64,000 nucleotides of DNA from Octopus vulgaris (lineage: Eukaryota). This document shows, piece after piece, positions 14,331 to 28,396 of this stretch. Location of the stretch: positions 14,818,001 to 14,882,000 of the forward strand of contig OX597829.1 in NCBI GenBank assembly GCA_951406725.2, read 5' to 3'. The notes under the pieces were generated by a model. That model saw only the letters and a program-made list of their open reading frames with translations, was not told the origin of the DNA and ran no database searches. Made by a program: the position numbers and the translations under genes. Each line of letters opens with the position of its first letter. Positions within the stretch are counted from its first letter, which is position 1.

Positions 14331-15118
14331 TTGCGAAGATTGAGAAATTGGTCCTCTCCCGAAAGTCTTGCCAAAGCATTCTGCATATTAGAAGAACATC
14401 ACTGAAACAGGTGGAGAGGTTTAAAGTTAATCTTTTTATACAAATCAATAAACATGTTCTGTGCACATTTCAATATATGAACAAAAATATTTCAGTTTAG
14501 CTGTTGTTCGTGACTTCCTACACGAGGGCCGGACTCTTTATCATAATCCTCTGACATTTTTCCCTGAGATGAAATACTGTAGCCTTGCCATCCAATATTT
14601 GTGTATTCATTATAAACGCATAAGCAGATTTTAATTTCATGATGTTTTAAGTGAATCAGTTTGATATTTAGAGGTCTTCAACTGTTCAGCTGCTTATCTA
14701 AAGAAATCCGAAATATAAAAGGAACCTCCACCGAAACATTAGACAGACTCCTAACGATGATATCGGATAAGCCAACCTTTCAAAGATACACTCGAGGAAG
14801 ATCCGCTGAGGGATATATATGAGTGATCCACAACCGGAGGCATTTCTGTACCATGTCAATTAACCTGTAGCTGGAACCCTGACATATATTGCTACTCTGG
14901 GTCAGAATAGTGCTTAAGCCGGGGTCCCACTACTGGAGTGAGTTTAAAGTCAGACCCAGGATGTAAAAGACATTGAAAATGTGTGTATTAAGTTTCATAA
15001 TAATTTCTGAGACCGACTTAAGTATTCAAAAGACACAACCTCGCTCATAACGCCAGTTTTCTTGATTTTATCATCCCAGTGACAAATATCCCGAATGCTT
15101 GTCCCGATACAGAAACCA

Positions 15119-15176
<58 letters not shown>

Positions 15177-17549
15177 TGATTTGTCCCCTAGCTAGCCAAG
15201 CAAGAACTAAGTTGATGTATGTACACCTTACATTAAAATACCGATGTGTATAGATATTTATAACGTGCATAGACACTTGGTGCAGTACCAATCATAATTA
15301 TTGTGTTCCATAGATATTTTCCTAGGTGACTTATGTACTAAAAATATGGGTCTTTAATTAAAAAGCACTTGCATTTTATTATTCCCAATGCCGCCGAGAG
15401 CGTTACATGATTTATATACTGTGGGCAATGTACTACTAGCATTGTCCAAAAGACGTTAGGATCCACCTCAGAATTCGTCCGAGGTTGGGGTCACGTGTCA
15501 TACGCTGACTATATAATTCGGACTCACAACACGTAGATAAAATGCAATAAAATTATTTTTCCTCAACAGTTTCTGCTTGATTTAACATTATCCCAAAACA
15601 GATGAAAGAAGAGGATCTCATCACCTTCAAACGATATCTGGATAATTTTTTCATGGAGTCACCTGTACCTGGACACATCTCAGTCAACGATAACTTCCTA
15701 CTTGAATGGTCCACGATCTCACAAAACTTGACTTAACATATTCTTTTAGGTGGTACTTTTAATATAGAACTCTCGAAGCAGGGCCCTGTTACAGGGCCCC
15801 GATACAATTCAAGGTCATACTCAGGCTTTCAATATATTATTTCTAATTGTTGTTGCTAGTTAACCCTGGGCCAGACCTGACCCAGGAGATCTATTATTAA
15901 AAATTATTCCAGCCATGAATATTCCATCTTTTCTCTTACATGCAGGGAACTCCAACGTGTCCTTTTGTAAGACTTTACTATTTGATTTCAGGGAAATTTG
16001 TAAGCCAATTGTCACCGTAGTGGCCGTCCTCCCTGGCCTATCTGATTAATGATATCTTCATATTCATTTCTTATTACATTTGTCATTAATCAATTCATAT
16101 CGATCTCCGTCTGATATTTCGAACCCGCGTTCCAATCTAAAGAGAAAAATATATCTGTAAATTACATTAATGACGTAATATACTTATTAACGCACTTGTA
16201 TTTCTAAGTAACAATTAGACAAATGAAAATGAAAATTGCATCTAGTCCCACTTTGGAAATTTCGTCAACGTAACTTAGCTCTCTATACGTTCGAGATTGT
16301 TGTGCACGACATCATATTAAACTAATCCAATACCAGAGATTTAATTACCCAACATCAATTAATTTAAATCTCTACCTGTTTAGTATTTATTACCGCACAA
16401 CCTAAGTGCTGTTAGAATTTTATGCTGATTTGCTTTCATTTTGATCTCTCCTGTCTTGGGGTAACTAACTCTCGGAACTTCTATGAGGAATGTCAAGTTT
16501 TTGTGTATGTCATATATCAGCTGAATAGTATGCTTAATCGATAAGCAATCACCATCCAATTCTAACATAGCGAATTGTTCACGGCAATTTGTTAAATTAG
16601 TTTTTATCATGATCATGTAGTTCATCAAACTTGGTTTCTTCATTTAAATATGCTTACGATCCATATCCTAGCCATGCGCCTCTTCAATACCCTTGATTTT
16701 CTTATTTTTCTCGAACTCTCAGGACTCGTGAGATCGGTTACGTTGATTCCATGACGTATAAGTGACCGAGATTACAACGCCGATCCATTGTAGGGTTCAT
16801 GACCAAAAAAATTGAGAGGAAGAGACAAGTCAATTTCATAGACGTCAATACTTGTTTGTTACTTAATTTTATCGATATCGAAAGGATAAACGATAAGGCT
16901 GACCCCCGGTTGCATTTGAACTCAGAACAGGAACCTGGAAGAAATACTCTTAAGCACTCTGGCGTGCCAACGAGTCTGTCAGCTCGCTGCTCTGTTATAA
17001 TAATCCTTTCTATTATTTACACAAGCCCGAAATTTTGGGGGAGGAGGCAAGTTGATTAGATCTACAACAGTACTTGACTGATGGTTATGTTATTTACGTG
17101 GAAAAGATGGAAGCCGAAGACGACGTCGGCGGAATTTGAACTCAGAACGTAGAGTCAAATGAAATATGGCAAAGCTTTTTGTCCGACATACTTACAATCC
17201 TTCCAGCTCACCGCGTTGCTGTTGCTGCTGCTGCTGCTGATGATGATGATGCTGGATGATCGCCTCTTATAATTAATAGATAGAGCATTATAATGCTATG
17301 ATTGTCGACGTAATTGAACAATTATAGCAGATTTAATTAAACCCATTATCGTTGGTTGTTAAAGTAGACATCGGGGCATGACATCTATTTGGGTAGAGCA
17401 CTTTACACCATTAGCAATGAAGGTGATGGTGGTGGTGGTGGTGGAGATTGTGAGGATGGCATTGGTGGTGGTTATTATAATGATGATAATGGTATATATA
17501 TATATATATATATACACATATATATATACATATATATATACATATATAT

Positions 17550-17605
<56 letters not shown>

Positions 17606-17944
17606 ATACACACGCATACATACACACACACACGCACTCACCTACATACACACGCACATATATATTTATATATATGTAAATATATATGTATAAGATATAT
17701 ACTTCTAGCTATTTCGCTTTTGTTGGTTTCAGCCAAATGCTGCGGCCATGATGGTGCACTGCTTGTATGTTATGGGTTTTTATTTCCCACTTCCTGATTT
17801 TATTTCCGGAACTCTTTCTGGTGAAGTAGCGAGTTGGACAGAGTTTCTCTGCTTTGTGTTGAAAATTTCGTCCTTTGTGTTTTCGTGATTGTTGGATCTT
17901 CTCAGATGAAAATTTCTCCAAATTTTTTTGAAAACATTTACATT

Positions 17945-18260
17945 CCATCTCACAGATCTCTGCAGATGTTTAAGAGGGTTTTGAAATGACCTGGTCCTTT
18001 GAAACCCAAGCCGTTACAGTCCTGGGTCTTTACTTTACATGGAGAGAATAAGATCGTTTGTATATTGTAGTGCCGTCCAGTTCGGTGGGTGGTATAACTT
18101 CCAGTGCCAAAGTTGGGAGCTAGACCTTCCAGGCCCTTCCATATCACAGCATATCTTTCGTATCTTCTCTCCAGGGATTAGGGCCTTACTTCTTTTAGTC
18201 TATCCCAGTGCTTCAAAGCATTATTCATTGTGTCTTTGGGTTGTATTACTTCGAGTTCAA
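17945..18260 (-). mobile_element. CR1/L2-group LINE ORF2 C-terminal remnant
   Basis: IWKGLEGLAPNFG..TGRH..NGLGFKGPGHFKTLLNICRDL; related weaker fragments at about 14650-14810 and 15400-15760. Confidence 0.65.
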
Positions 18261-18622
18261 GTCCTGGTGTTAATTTGATGTTTTGAGAGAACTACAGTTG
18301 GGAGACGAAAACAAATGTTCGCCATGAGTAGCATGTGTATGCATATATATATGTTTACACACATGTATCTGTATGTGCATATATATGTATATAAATAAGT
18401 AAATATATGTTCTTTGATTTTAACGGTTGAACTCGAAGTAGATAAAGTTTTAAGTAATAGAGTGTTTTATAGAGTATTTAAAAAGAACAATTGAATATAA
18501 AAAGACGATGGCTACCGGTGGAAATCGAACTCATGTCTCGAGCAAGATACTATCTATAGTATTATTAACTTCGAGTAGATAGTATTCCATTGTGAGAAAT
18601 GTGTGTCTACATAGATACATAT

Positions 18623-18660
18623 TTCTCTGAAGACAGGTACTTGCGCCTGAAATATAAGGG
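18623..18660 (+). ncRNA. Minimal type-I hammerhead motif with intact canonical core
   Basis: UUCU-CUGAAGA-c-AGGU(acuugc)GCCU-GAAA-UA-UA-AGGG; stem III palindrome AUAU, AUA triplet; stem I weak (two G-U). Confidence 0.55.
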
Positions 18661-18966
18661 TTCTTCAAATTTTCTGTTTTCCATATTTCATTTATTATAA
18701 TTCCTCTGTAGTACAATACTTCAAGCGAACTACCACGGTCTGACATATCATATCCCATTTGATTGAATATATATATATATAAAAACATACATATATATAA
18801 TATACATATATATATATGCATATATATATTAATTATATATACACACTTGAATGAATATATATACATGAATATATATATATATATATATATATGATACTTT
18901 GATACTTTGATAGGTTTCGGCCATTATTGGCCCAGGCCATGTCTAACTTAATAGCACCACCTGGTA

Positions 18967-19016
<50 letters not shown>

Positions 19017-19157
19017 ATATTCCATACATACTTGAAATTTACAGAAAAAAACGGAGATGCATAAACATCAGACACGTTTATTAGTTTAACGCTCCGGAAG
19101 GTGAGAAGTCTTTTACGTCTCGAGCCTACGCTTTTCAAAAGAAACGATCACTTGAGT

Positions 19158-19242
<85 letters not shown>

Positions 19243-19335
19243 CATCATATATATATATCAAATATATATAATATATATATATATATAATATATATATATA
19301 TGTATATATATACATCATATATATATTCCACTTGA

Positions 19336-19371
<36 letters not shown>

Positions 19372-19579
19372 CCGCTTGAAATATATATATATATATACAT
19401 AACATTCCACTGTCTTGAAGAATTTTAGTCGATAAAAAATGGATTTTATATGATGTTTTTGCAAGTCTGCTATTTATTCTGTCAGTTTCTTTTGTCGAAC
19501 CGCTAAAAATCTCGGGCACGTAAACACACCAGTACCGGTCGTCAAGTGGTAAGAGGATGATAAACACAGGCATAAATAC

Positions 19580-19636
<57 letters not shown>

Positions 19637-20229
19637 ACACACATACATATACACACGCACGCACACGCACAAATACACAAACACACGCATACATGTAAAA
19701 GTACATATACGGCGTCCACCGAATCCACTCACAGTTATTGGCCAGCATGTCGTTATAGTAAAAGACCTTGACCAAGGAACCGTGCAATGGGTTTGAACTC
19801 GAAACTACATGGCTGTAAAACAAGGTTTTAAACCACACAACTCTGAATGCGCCTACAACTTAATTTCTTAGACACATTATATATGTTACTGTGTGTATAT
19901 ATATATATATACATACACACACACTACTTTTATACACACTTCCTAATATATACGTTTCACTGAGTACATGTACAAACTTATATATATATAAACCATATGA
20001 ATATAAAACAAATCAACTTGATACTATGCTCTCTGGACACTTATTGCCATATATGTATTATGTTACGTAAGGAAATATCTACCTATTTCTTCCATTAACT
20101 ATCTAGATATCTCAAGATTTGCTATTTGGGTATTAAAACACCTTACCCCTGTTGGACCCAGTTCAAATTTTGATATGTATAACGTTACTTTCTTTGTACA
20201 TGACTTACACTAAGCTGAAATTATTATCT

Positions 20230-20440
20230 CTAGTAAATTATATTAGAAGAAAAGAGGTTTGTAAAGAAGCCAAACTTGGTATACTCAGCTGCACTTTCCT
20301 GCTTATCCTCGTGTATATTCATGAGTGCTGGGCAATGACCGAAAGTTTACGATCACGAATAGAAGCATCAGAAATAGTATTTATACGAAGGATCTCTGTA
20401 GTAGCGTTACATAATACAGATGCAAGTGAAGAAGTTTAAT
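20230..20440 (+). mobile_element. RTE-like LINE RT remnant
   Basis: RKEVCKEAKLGILSCTFLLILVYIHECWAMTESLRSRIEASEIVFIRRI resembles the AKL.I....P.L.YG.E.W.MT....SRIQA.EM.FLRRI region. Confidence 0.7.
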
Positions 20441-20676
20441 CATCTGGGGGGCTGTCTTTACAACTGATAAAAAGTAGAAGGCTGAATTTTTGGTGGTAGA
20501 AATGTAGGTGCTATCTCAGCACTAGTATTCAAGACGCAGCTGCTTCGCTTCGATACAGATTTTGTACCTATAAATTCGGCAAAAGAGAACCGATAAGTAC
20601 ATGCACCAAACTTTGAAAATAATAAGTACTAGTAGCGATTTGTGCGACTGAAACAGGAAAAAGATAAGCGATATGC

Positions 20677-20756
<80 letters not shown>

Positions 20757-20799
20757 GAAAAGAATGGAGTCGAACGAAGATTTTAACAAAATTCCTTTA

Positions 20800-20882
20800 C
20801 TTTCGACACATGTTTCGAAGACTGCATATTCTTAATTCCGAAGGAATAAAGTGTGCATTATGCCGTCTTCTCTTTAGGAAAG
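20800..20882 (-). ncRNA. Type-I hammerhead motif with G5A substitution (likely inactive)
   Basis: Minus strand: CUUUC-CUAAAGA-GAAGACgGCAUA...UAUGCaGUCUUC-GAAA-CAUGUG-UC-GAAAG; 5-bp stem I, long stem II, GUC triplet. Confidence 0.7.
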
Positions 20883-21017
20883 ACAAGGAGTATCTATCAG
20901 TCTCACGACGAACAAAATCCTTTTGATGACTGCCTACATTGTGACCGCAGTGATAATGAGTGTTTTTTAAAAATTATCCGTTATTTCACAAATTTCCACA
21001 CAGGAACACGGAACATA

Positions 21018-21179
<162 letters not shown>

Positions 21180-21194
21180 CATATATATACATAC

Positions 21195-21225
<31 letters not shown>

Positions 21226-21243
21226 CATATTATATATATATAC

Positions 21244-21289
<46 letters not shown>

Positions 21290-21308
21290 TTATATATATG
21301 TATATAAG

Positions 21309-21366
<58 letters not shown>

Positions 21367-23142
21367 TATATATTATATATATATATATGTACATATATAT
21401 ATATATATGCACATCGTTTATCTTTTTCCAGTTTCAGTCGTATACATACATACATCCATACATATATATGTATGCATGTATGTGTATCAAAAGTTATTGA
21501 AGTGTGGGATTAAAAACTTTCACATTGAAAATGCATATCAAAGCCGTTTCATTATAAGTCTCTCTCACTCTATATGTGTATGTGTGTATTTGTGTGTGTA
21601 TGTGAGCGTGTGAATGAGTGAATGTATGTTTATTTGTCTAAGTATGTTTGCATATCTGTATGTGTATGTGTATCCTTCCATTTATTTGTCGAATTGAAAT
21701 ATGTTCCTATATATTATATAAACACACGTTTACAATAATCTTCGTACAAAGCAGGTCTTTTGTTTCAATAGCACATCACACAATCACGGCTTCGTTTGTG
21801 TCTTTGTCATCTCCCTCACTGCCCATGTTTGTATTCTACTTAATAAGTAATGTTTACACACACACATACGCATGCACGCACACACACACACACACGTAAG
21901 TAATTAAATTTTGATGTTTTGTTTGCTTAATATTTCGAGTTTTCATTACTCATATTCAAACTTCAGTTTTATGGTTCTGACAATTTTATTATAATGCTCA
22001 TCGTGTTTCGATAATAATTTAAAGCATGATTGTATAATATTATTATGTGGATCATAATTGTGGTTCTTGTTACTTTGTTGTTTTAATATTGTTGTGTGGT
22101 GGTGGTGCTGGTTCTGCCTTCAGTAGTAGTGGTGCTGTTTGTAGCGCTGATGTTAGTGCAGGTTTTGTTGTTGGTGGTCGTGGATATAGTGTTACCAGTC
22201 TGGAGGTGGTAGCCGAGGTGGTACTGCTGAAGATATATATGTGGATGTGATCTTGGTGGTGGTGTTGCTACAGCTGCTAGCTATGGCAGTGGTGCAAATG
22301 CCTGTGGTATAGTTGTGGTGCCGGTGTTGGTAGTGCATGCGAAACAGTTATTGTTGGTAATGGTAGTGGTGTGGATTCATATACAGTTGTTACACAGAAA
22401 AGCAGCAGATCGATAGATATATCAAAAATCGATTTCTCACCAAGAATATATTTTCATAAACAAGTCAAACAAAATTCCATCACATTCGCTCTCTGAGCAA
22501 CTTAAGTAGTATTAGTGACATAGATTCCGTGTAGCTGGTTCCAGGTTTCGATTATCCGGTAAGAAGAATTTCCAAATATATATACATATTTTACTTTTTA
22601 TCTTTTAATTGTTTCACTCATAGGACGGCGGCAGCACTGGAGCATATGTTTAAAGCGCTTAATCCAAGAAATCGACAACAGTTCTTAATTTAAGTTTATT
22701 AATTATTCTATGGTTGTCATTTGCCGGAATGGACGTAAACAACTCAACACCGGTTGTGAAGTTGAGGCTGGAGGGTGATCAGGGAAGGCACAGAGAGATA
22801 CACATACATAAATATACACTTTTATATGACAGACTTCTTTCAGTTTCCGTCTACCAAATCAACTTACAAAATTTTGCTTGGCCCGGGGCTATAGTGAAAC
22901 ACAATTGTCCTAGGTGCCATCTATTGGTACAAACTATCTAAGACGTAGTTAGAGAAGAAGCTTCTAACCAAACAACCAAAATTTGATGTTTAAAGAATAT
23001 ATAAAATGCCCGTCTGGTATTCGAATAAGCAAGCCAAATAAGATTCCATAACGTTCACACTAGAAGAAACTTAAGCAGTATTAGTTAAATATATTACGCG
23101 TAAAACATTTAAGTTTCCTATTATTTGTAAAAAGATGTTTTG

Positions 23143-23183
<41 letters not shown>

Positions 23184-23185
<2 letters not shown>

Positions 23186-23322
23186 AGGGAAACCACTATG
23201 TGGACACCCTTATGCTAGAAATAGATCCGCTATGGTTTTACCACTAAGAAATGTTCTCTTAGTGGTAAGACCATAGCGGATCTATTTTTAGTATAAGGGT
23301 GTCCACATAGTGGTTTCCCTCT
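23184..23322. repeat. Near-perfect palindrome (66-bp arms, 7-nt loop) in (TA)n
   Basis: 23184-23249 is the reverse complement of 23257-23322 with 3 differences. Confidence 0.95.
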
Positions 23323-23391
23323 AATATGTATATATATATATACACGCATGTACATACACATAATGCACACACACACACATATATATATCTG

Positions 23392-23436
<45 letters not shown>

Positions 23437-23504
23437 GTATGTGTGTGTGTGTGTGTAGTAAACCACGACAGTTCATTGATGAATTGTTTTTAATTATATC
23501 TTTA

Positions 23505-23869
23505 GTTTTTCGTCAGTAATTGTGACTGAGGGTGCCGAAACACCAATCTTGTAAAAACTCTTAATGTTGTAAGAAGCGCTGACATGGGAGATAAATACCG
23601 TATGAGTGTCTCTAAGATGAGTAGACTAGAGTAGCTTCATCTAACAGTCGTTGGCTTGTCAGTAGAGACTACTCAAATGCTCGATGGTTTGGCTAAATCC
23701 GGCTGTAAGAATATTTTATCATAAAAAGTTATGGCTAATTTAACGAAATGCTAACGCAGTTATTTCCCCTGTCGGTGTATATATATTGTGCGATTCTTAC
23801 AGCCTTAAGAGTTTCTTTCTTAAAAGACAGGTGCTTCGACACTCTCAGTCACAATTAGTGTCGATAAAC
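23505..23869. mobile_element. MITE-like element with ~40-bp imperfect terminal inverted repeats
   Basis: 23505-23544 vs 23830-23869; an inverted ~92-bp copy of its left part also lies at 24352-24443. Confidence 0.6.
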
Positions 23870-23890
23870 GTTTTCCTTTCTGGTATTAAA

Positions 23891-24114
23891 AGCTGGCAGA
23901 AACGTTAGCACGCCGGGCGAGATGCGCAGCCGTATCTCATCTGCCGTTACGTTCTGAGTTCAAATTCTGCCGAGGTCGACTTTACCTTTGATCCTTTCGG
24001 AGTCGATTAAATAAGTGCCAGTTACGCACTGGGGTCGATATAATCGACTTAATCCGTCTGTCTGTCCTTGTTTGTCCCCTCTTTATTTAGCCCCTTGTGG
24101 GTAGTAAAGAAATA
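23891..24114 (+). mobile_element. tRNA-derived SINE family M (MetaSINE-like central domain), tail type 1
   Basis: agctggcagaaacgttagc...gagttcaaat...gactttgcctttcatcctttcggggtcga..aagtaccag-like core; tail gccccttgtgggtagtaaagaaata. Confidence 0.85.
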
Positions 24115-24676
24115 GGGTATTACATTGCACCTAGCTGTTTTTATATATTTTTATATATGTATGTATGTAAAACGAGGCGGAGAAGGAGAGAGAGTGATAG
24201 AGAGAGAGAGAATGAGAGACAGAGAAAGAGAGGGAAAGCGAGGGGGAGAGATGAAGAGAGAGTGAAAACGAGCTTGATAGAGATGCAGACAAAGAGATAT
24301 TTAGATATGTATACATGTGTGTGTGTGTGTGTGTATGTGTTTTTTCGATATATCTTAGAGACACTCATACGGCATTCATCTCCCATGTCAGCACTTTTTA
24401 CAACATTATGAGTTTTTACAATATTGGTGTTTCGGCACCCTCATATGTGTGTGTGTGAATGTGTGTTTAGAGAGGTAAACATACTTGTGTTGTTAAGTTA
24501 CTTCCAAATTATGTGGTATGGTGTTCAGTGCAAGTCTTTTATGCTATAGCACCTGGTTGACCAAAGCCTTGCGAGTGAATTTGATAAAGGAATCAGGAAG
24601 CCCGCTGTATATACACACACGGATATTTATACACACACACATATATATAATATACGCAAACACATCTATTTATATA

Positions 24677-25062
24677 TCTCTCTATATATAAACGGCAGTT
24701 TGTCTGTGCGTGTTTCTGTGTGTCTGTTTTCTCGTACCCTCACTCTGACCACGGCTTTCAACCGATTCTGATGAAACTTGACACACTCATAGCCCAATGT
24801 CATAATTCAAAACTAACGCAGCGAAAATTTTGAAAAGTTCCCCCAGTTCTGAAAAAAATCGATAAATTCGACATGGGGTCGAGAATCAGAAACACAAACC
24901 ACAGACTGTCTAGGGGACGCAACTCGACCCTTTTAACTCTCAAAAAAAAATTTACCATCATTTTTTTTCCATTTTTTTTGCTATTTTTTGGCTATAACTC
25001 TCTAAAAATGCTTTATAGTTATTTCCCTTACAAACACGAGCAACGCCGGGCGATACTGCTAG
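24677..25062 (+). mobile_element. Non-autonomous Helitron
   Basis: 5' A|TC(tctatatataaac), internal tgtc-rich stretch, 3' GC-rich cgagcaacgccgggcg then CTAG|T; no TSD. Confidence 0.75.
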
Positions 25063-25064
25063 TG

Positions 25065-25103
<39 letters not shown>

Positions 25104-25836
25104 TTGTGTGTTAGTATTTTTGCACACTTACCTTAGCAAACATATGTATATATTTATGAGGTAAAATTTATTCACACTTAAAGTGGATGTTCTGTTGGAA
25201 CCACCTTTACTGCGGTATTTACCATGTGATAAATCTCATATAGTCTTCTGGTGCAGAATGAACGCCGGTTTTGTTTATAATGACAAATATTTGTATATCT
25301 ATGGGACAAATCCAGGACTGTCTGTATGTGCTTACACATGCATACAAGTATATACACGACACTGTAACAAGAATATCCAGTTTATAAACAACATGAGATT
25401 GGAATCTACGGAAGGAGCGAAGACGAAATATCAGAGTAAAAACAAGGTTTTTCTTAGCAGCTAATCGAAACCTTGAAAGGTTTATGCCGATGGAATGTGA
25501 TGATGCTTACCTAGGCTTATCCATTACCTTTGACTGGTTTCAGTCGCTGAATTGCAGCCGTACTGCGACATTAACTTGTATGGATTCAGCCTGAGGAATC
25601 GATCCCTGTACAATTGTTTTAATGCCTGGTTCATATTCTATCGGTTTCTTTCGCTCAACATGTTAGTATCAGGGTATTATGCGAAATAAATTCATTTGTC
25701 AAGCTATGGGGTAGATCGAACACAACGATAGACAGACAGGCAGACAGACACACACTTACGCATGCGCACACCGATACACGTACAAACATGTATACACACA
25801 TATATATACATATATATAATATATACATACACACAT

Positions 25837-25884
<48 letters not shown>

Positions 25885-25893
25885 ACATCACGC

Positions 25894-26054
25894 GCGCAGG
25901 AGTGGCTGTGTGGTAAGTAGCTTGCTAACCAACCACATGGTTCCGGGTTCAGTCCCACTGCGTGGCATCTTGGGCACGTGTCTTCTGCTATAGCCCCGGG
26001 CCGACCAATGCCTTGTGAGTGGATTTGGTTGACGGAAACTGAAAGAAGCCTGTC

Positions 26055-26057
<3 letters not shown>
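25894..26057 (+). mobile_element. tRNA-derived SINE family C (CORE-like), 5' half
   Basis: gcaggagtggctgtgtggtaag...ggttcagtccc...ttgggca.gtgtcttct..tatag...ccttgtgagtggatttgg..gacggaaactgaaagaagcc. Many other copies, e.g. 19430-19855 (-), 22590-22980 (-), 30505-30790 (-), 53545-53730 (+), 59950-60160 (-). Confidence 0.85.
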
Positions 26058-26094
<37 letters not shown>

Positions 26095-26131
26095 GGTTAA
26101 GTAATTGATGTTTGGGAATTCTCTGATGTTT

Positions 26132-26219
26132 TTTCGGCTGACAAGTACGAGCCATCTGTATTCACTGCATTTTTTGTAGCTTATTAAAGATGTCCTCGTA
26201 CGAAACGATCGTACCGAGA
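26132..26219 (+). ncRNA. Type-I hammerhead motif with G8A substitution
   Basis: UUUCGG-CUGACAA-GUACGAG..CAUCU...AGAUG..CUCGUAC-GAAA-CGAUCG-UA-CCGAGA; 6-bp stem I, 7-bp stem II, palindromic stem III ACGAUCGU, GUA triplet. Confidence 0.8.
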
Positions 26220-26246
26220 TTTTAATCCATTCTTGTTGCTTTTTTC

Positions 26247-26290
<44 letters not shown>

Positions 26291-26307
26291 CACATATATA
26301 TATACAC

Positions 26308-26341
<34 letters not shown>

Positions 26342-26448
26342 ATATATATATATACATATATATAAGATACACAAACGTACTATATATACATATACTATAT
26401 GCATATATATTATGTATCATATACACACACATATATATATATTATCTA

Positions 26449-26487
<39 letters not shown>

Positions 26488-26969
26488 TAATATAATGTAA
26501 TATATAATATAAATATATCTTCAATTTCATTAATGTATATTGATATTTTAAACAGCATATCGCCATATTGTTATTGTCTGTATATATTGGATAAATTGAC
26601 ATTTAAGCTATTTAAATAATTAAGTTAGTTTTTCTTCTCTTGGTTAGGGTTGTGTGCTGTTTGATGATGGAGCATAGCATTTCAGGCGCCCAACTTTCCT
26701 ATTTGCGCTATCAAATTTTAATGTCCGTATATAAGTTAATGTTTCATTTCGTGTGTGTGTGTGCGTGAGCGTGCATTCATAGATATATATATATGTATAT
26801 ATACATATGCATACATTCATGTATACATATATGCTTACGTATATATACACACACACTCACGTGTGTATCTGTGTGCTTATATATATATATATTCATGAGC
26901 GTTATACTAATACATCTGTTTGTTTTGTACACCACCTGTCTTCGTCTTTTGTTTTTCGTAAACTCTCCC

Positions 26970-27135
<166 letters not shown>

Positions 27136-27478
27136 TAGATATATATACACACACACACATGTATGTGTAGGCGCTGGCGTGACTGTATTTTAAGAATCAT
27201 ACTTCTAAACTGTTTGCTTTCTATAACTCCAGACTAGCCAGTGATGGTCATCCTTCTTCCCCATTATTTTCTCCCCCAAACGGCATTTTCCACCCGATAT
27301 TCACCATAATAATATGGTATTAATTATACCAATCATCTGCCACAAAATCCAGTTCCCTAAAATAACTTTTTCTAGTCACCCAAGTTTATAAATTCCTTTG
27401 TGGTTAGCAACGACAAGCACACACACTCTCACACACATACATACATACATACACATACATGTATGTATGTATGTATGT

Positions 27479-27522
<44 letters not shown>

Positions 27523-27526
27523 TAAT

Positions 27527-27674
27527 GTGACAATTATTCGGTTGCCATGATAAAACTCCGAGTTCCGGATGTCGGGGCGGAAACCGGGCCTGACAACTGA
27601 AAAGAAACTGGCGTGGATTTCCACCTCTGCATCCGAAACTCGGAGTTTTATCATGGCTACCGAATAATTGTCAC
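27527..27674. repeat. Inverted repeat (~59-bp arms) next to (TA)n containing a degenerate hammerhead-like motif
   Basis: 27527-27585 vs 27615-27674; GACAA-CUGAAAA...CAUCC-GAAA-CUCGGAG-UU-UUAUC at about 27592-27652. Confidence 0.8.
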
Positions 27675-27746
27675 TTATTACATTTACACATAAATTCCTC
27701 TATTTACATAATATCGAGGTCTCTTTCATTCTTTTGTTGTCTTGTC

Positions 27747-27788
<42 letters not shown>

Positions 27789-28024
27789 AAATCAAGTTAA
27801 TGCAAGTTAATTAAAAATACTTGCAGATGGTGAGTAGGATTACCTGGTATTTCAATATTTCAGGGTTACAACTTCTTCATTAGGAAATTTAAGGAGGCAA
27901 CATGTTATTATCTGATTTTTAATTTTTAAGTTGCATTGTTTTGGCTCTGAAAACTGCCTAAAACATTCATACACTTGCGACGATGCTTTATAACTATGTA
28001 TCTCTCTATCTTGCTCTCTCTCTG

Positions 28025-28396
<372 letters not shown>

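Noticed and set aside
19105-19147. Minus-strand hammerhead-like motif (CUUUUGA..aagc/gcuc-GAGA-CG-UA); a related copy near 3070 lacks this segment
   Set aside because: Too many core changes to support from this copy alone.
24767-24785. CTGATGA motif inside the Helitron; also CTGATGA..GAAA at about 6069 and on the minus strand near 46060
   Set aside because: No stem II / GAAA / stem I arrangement; chance matches.
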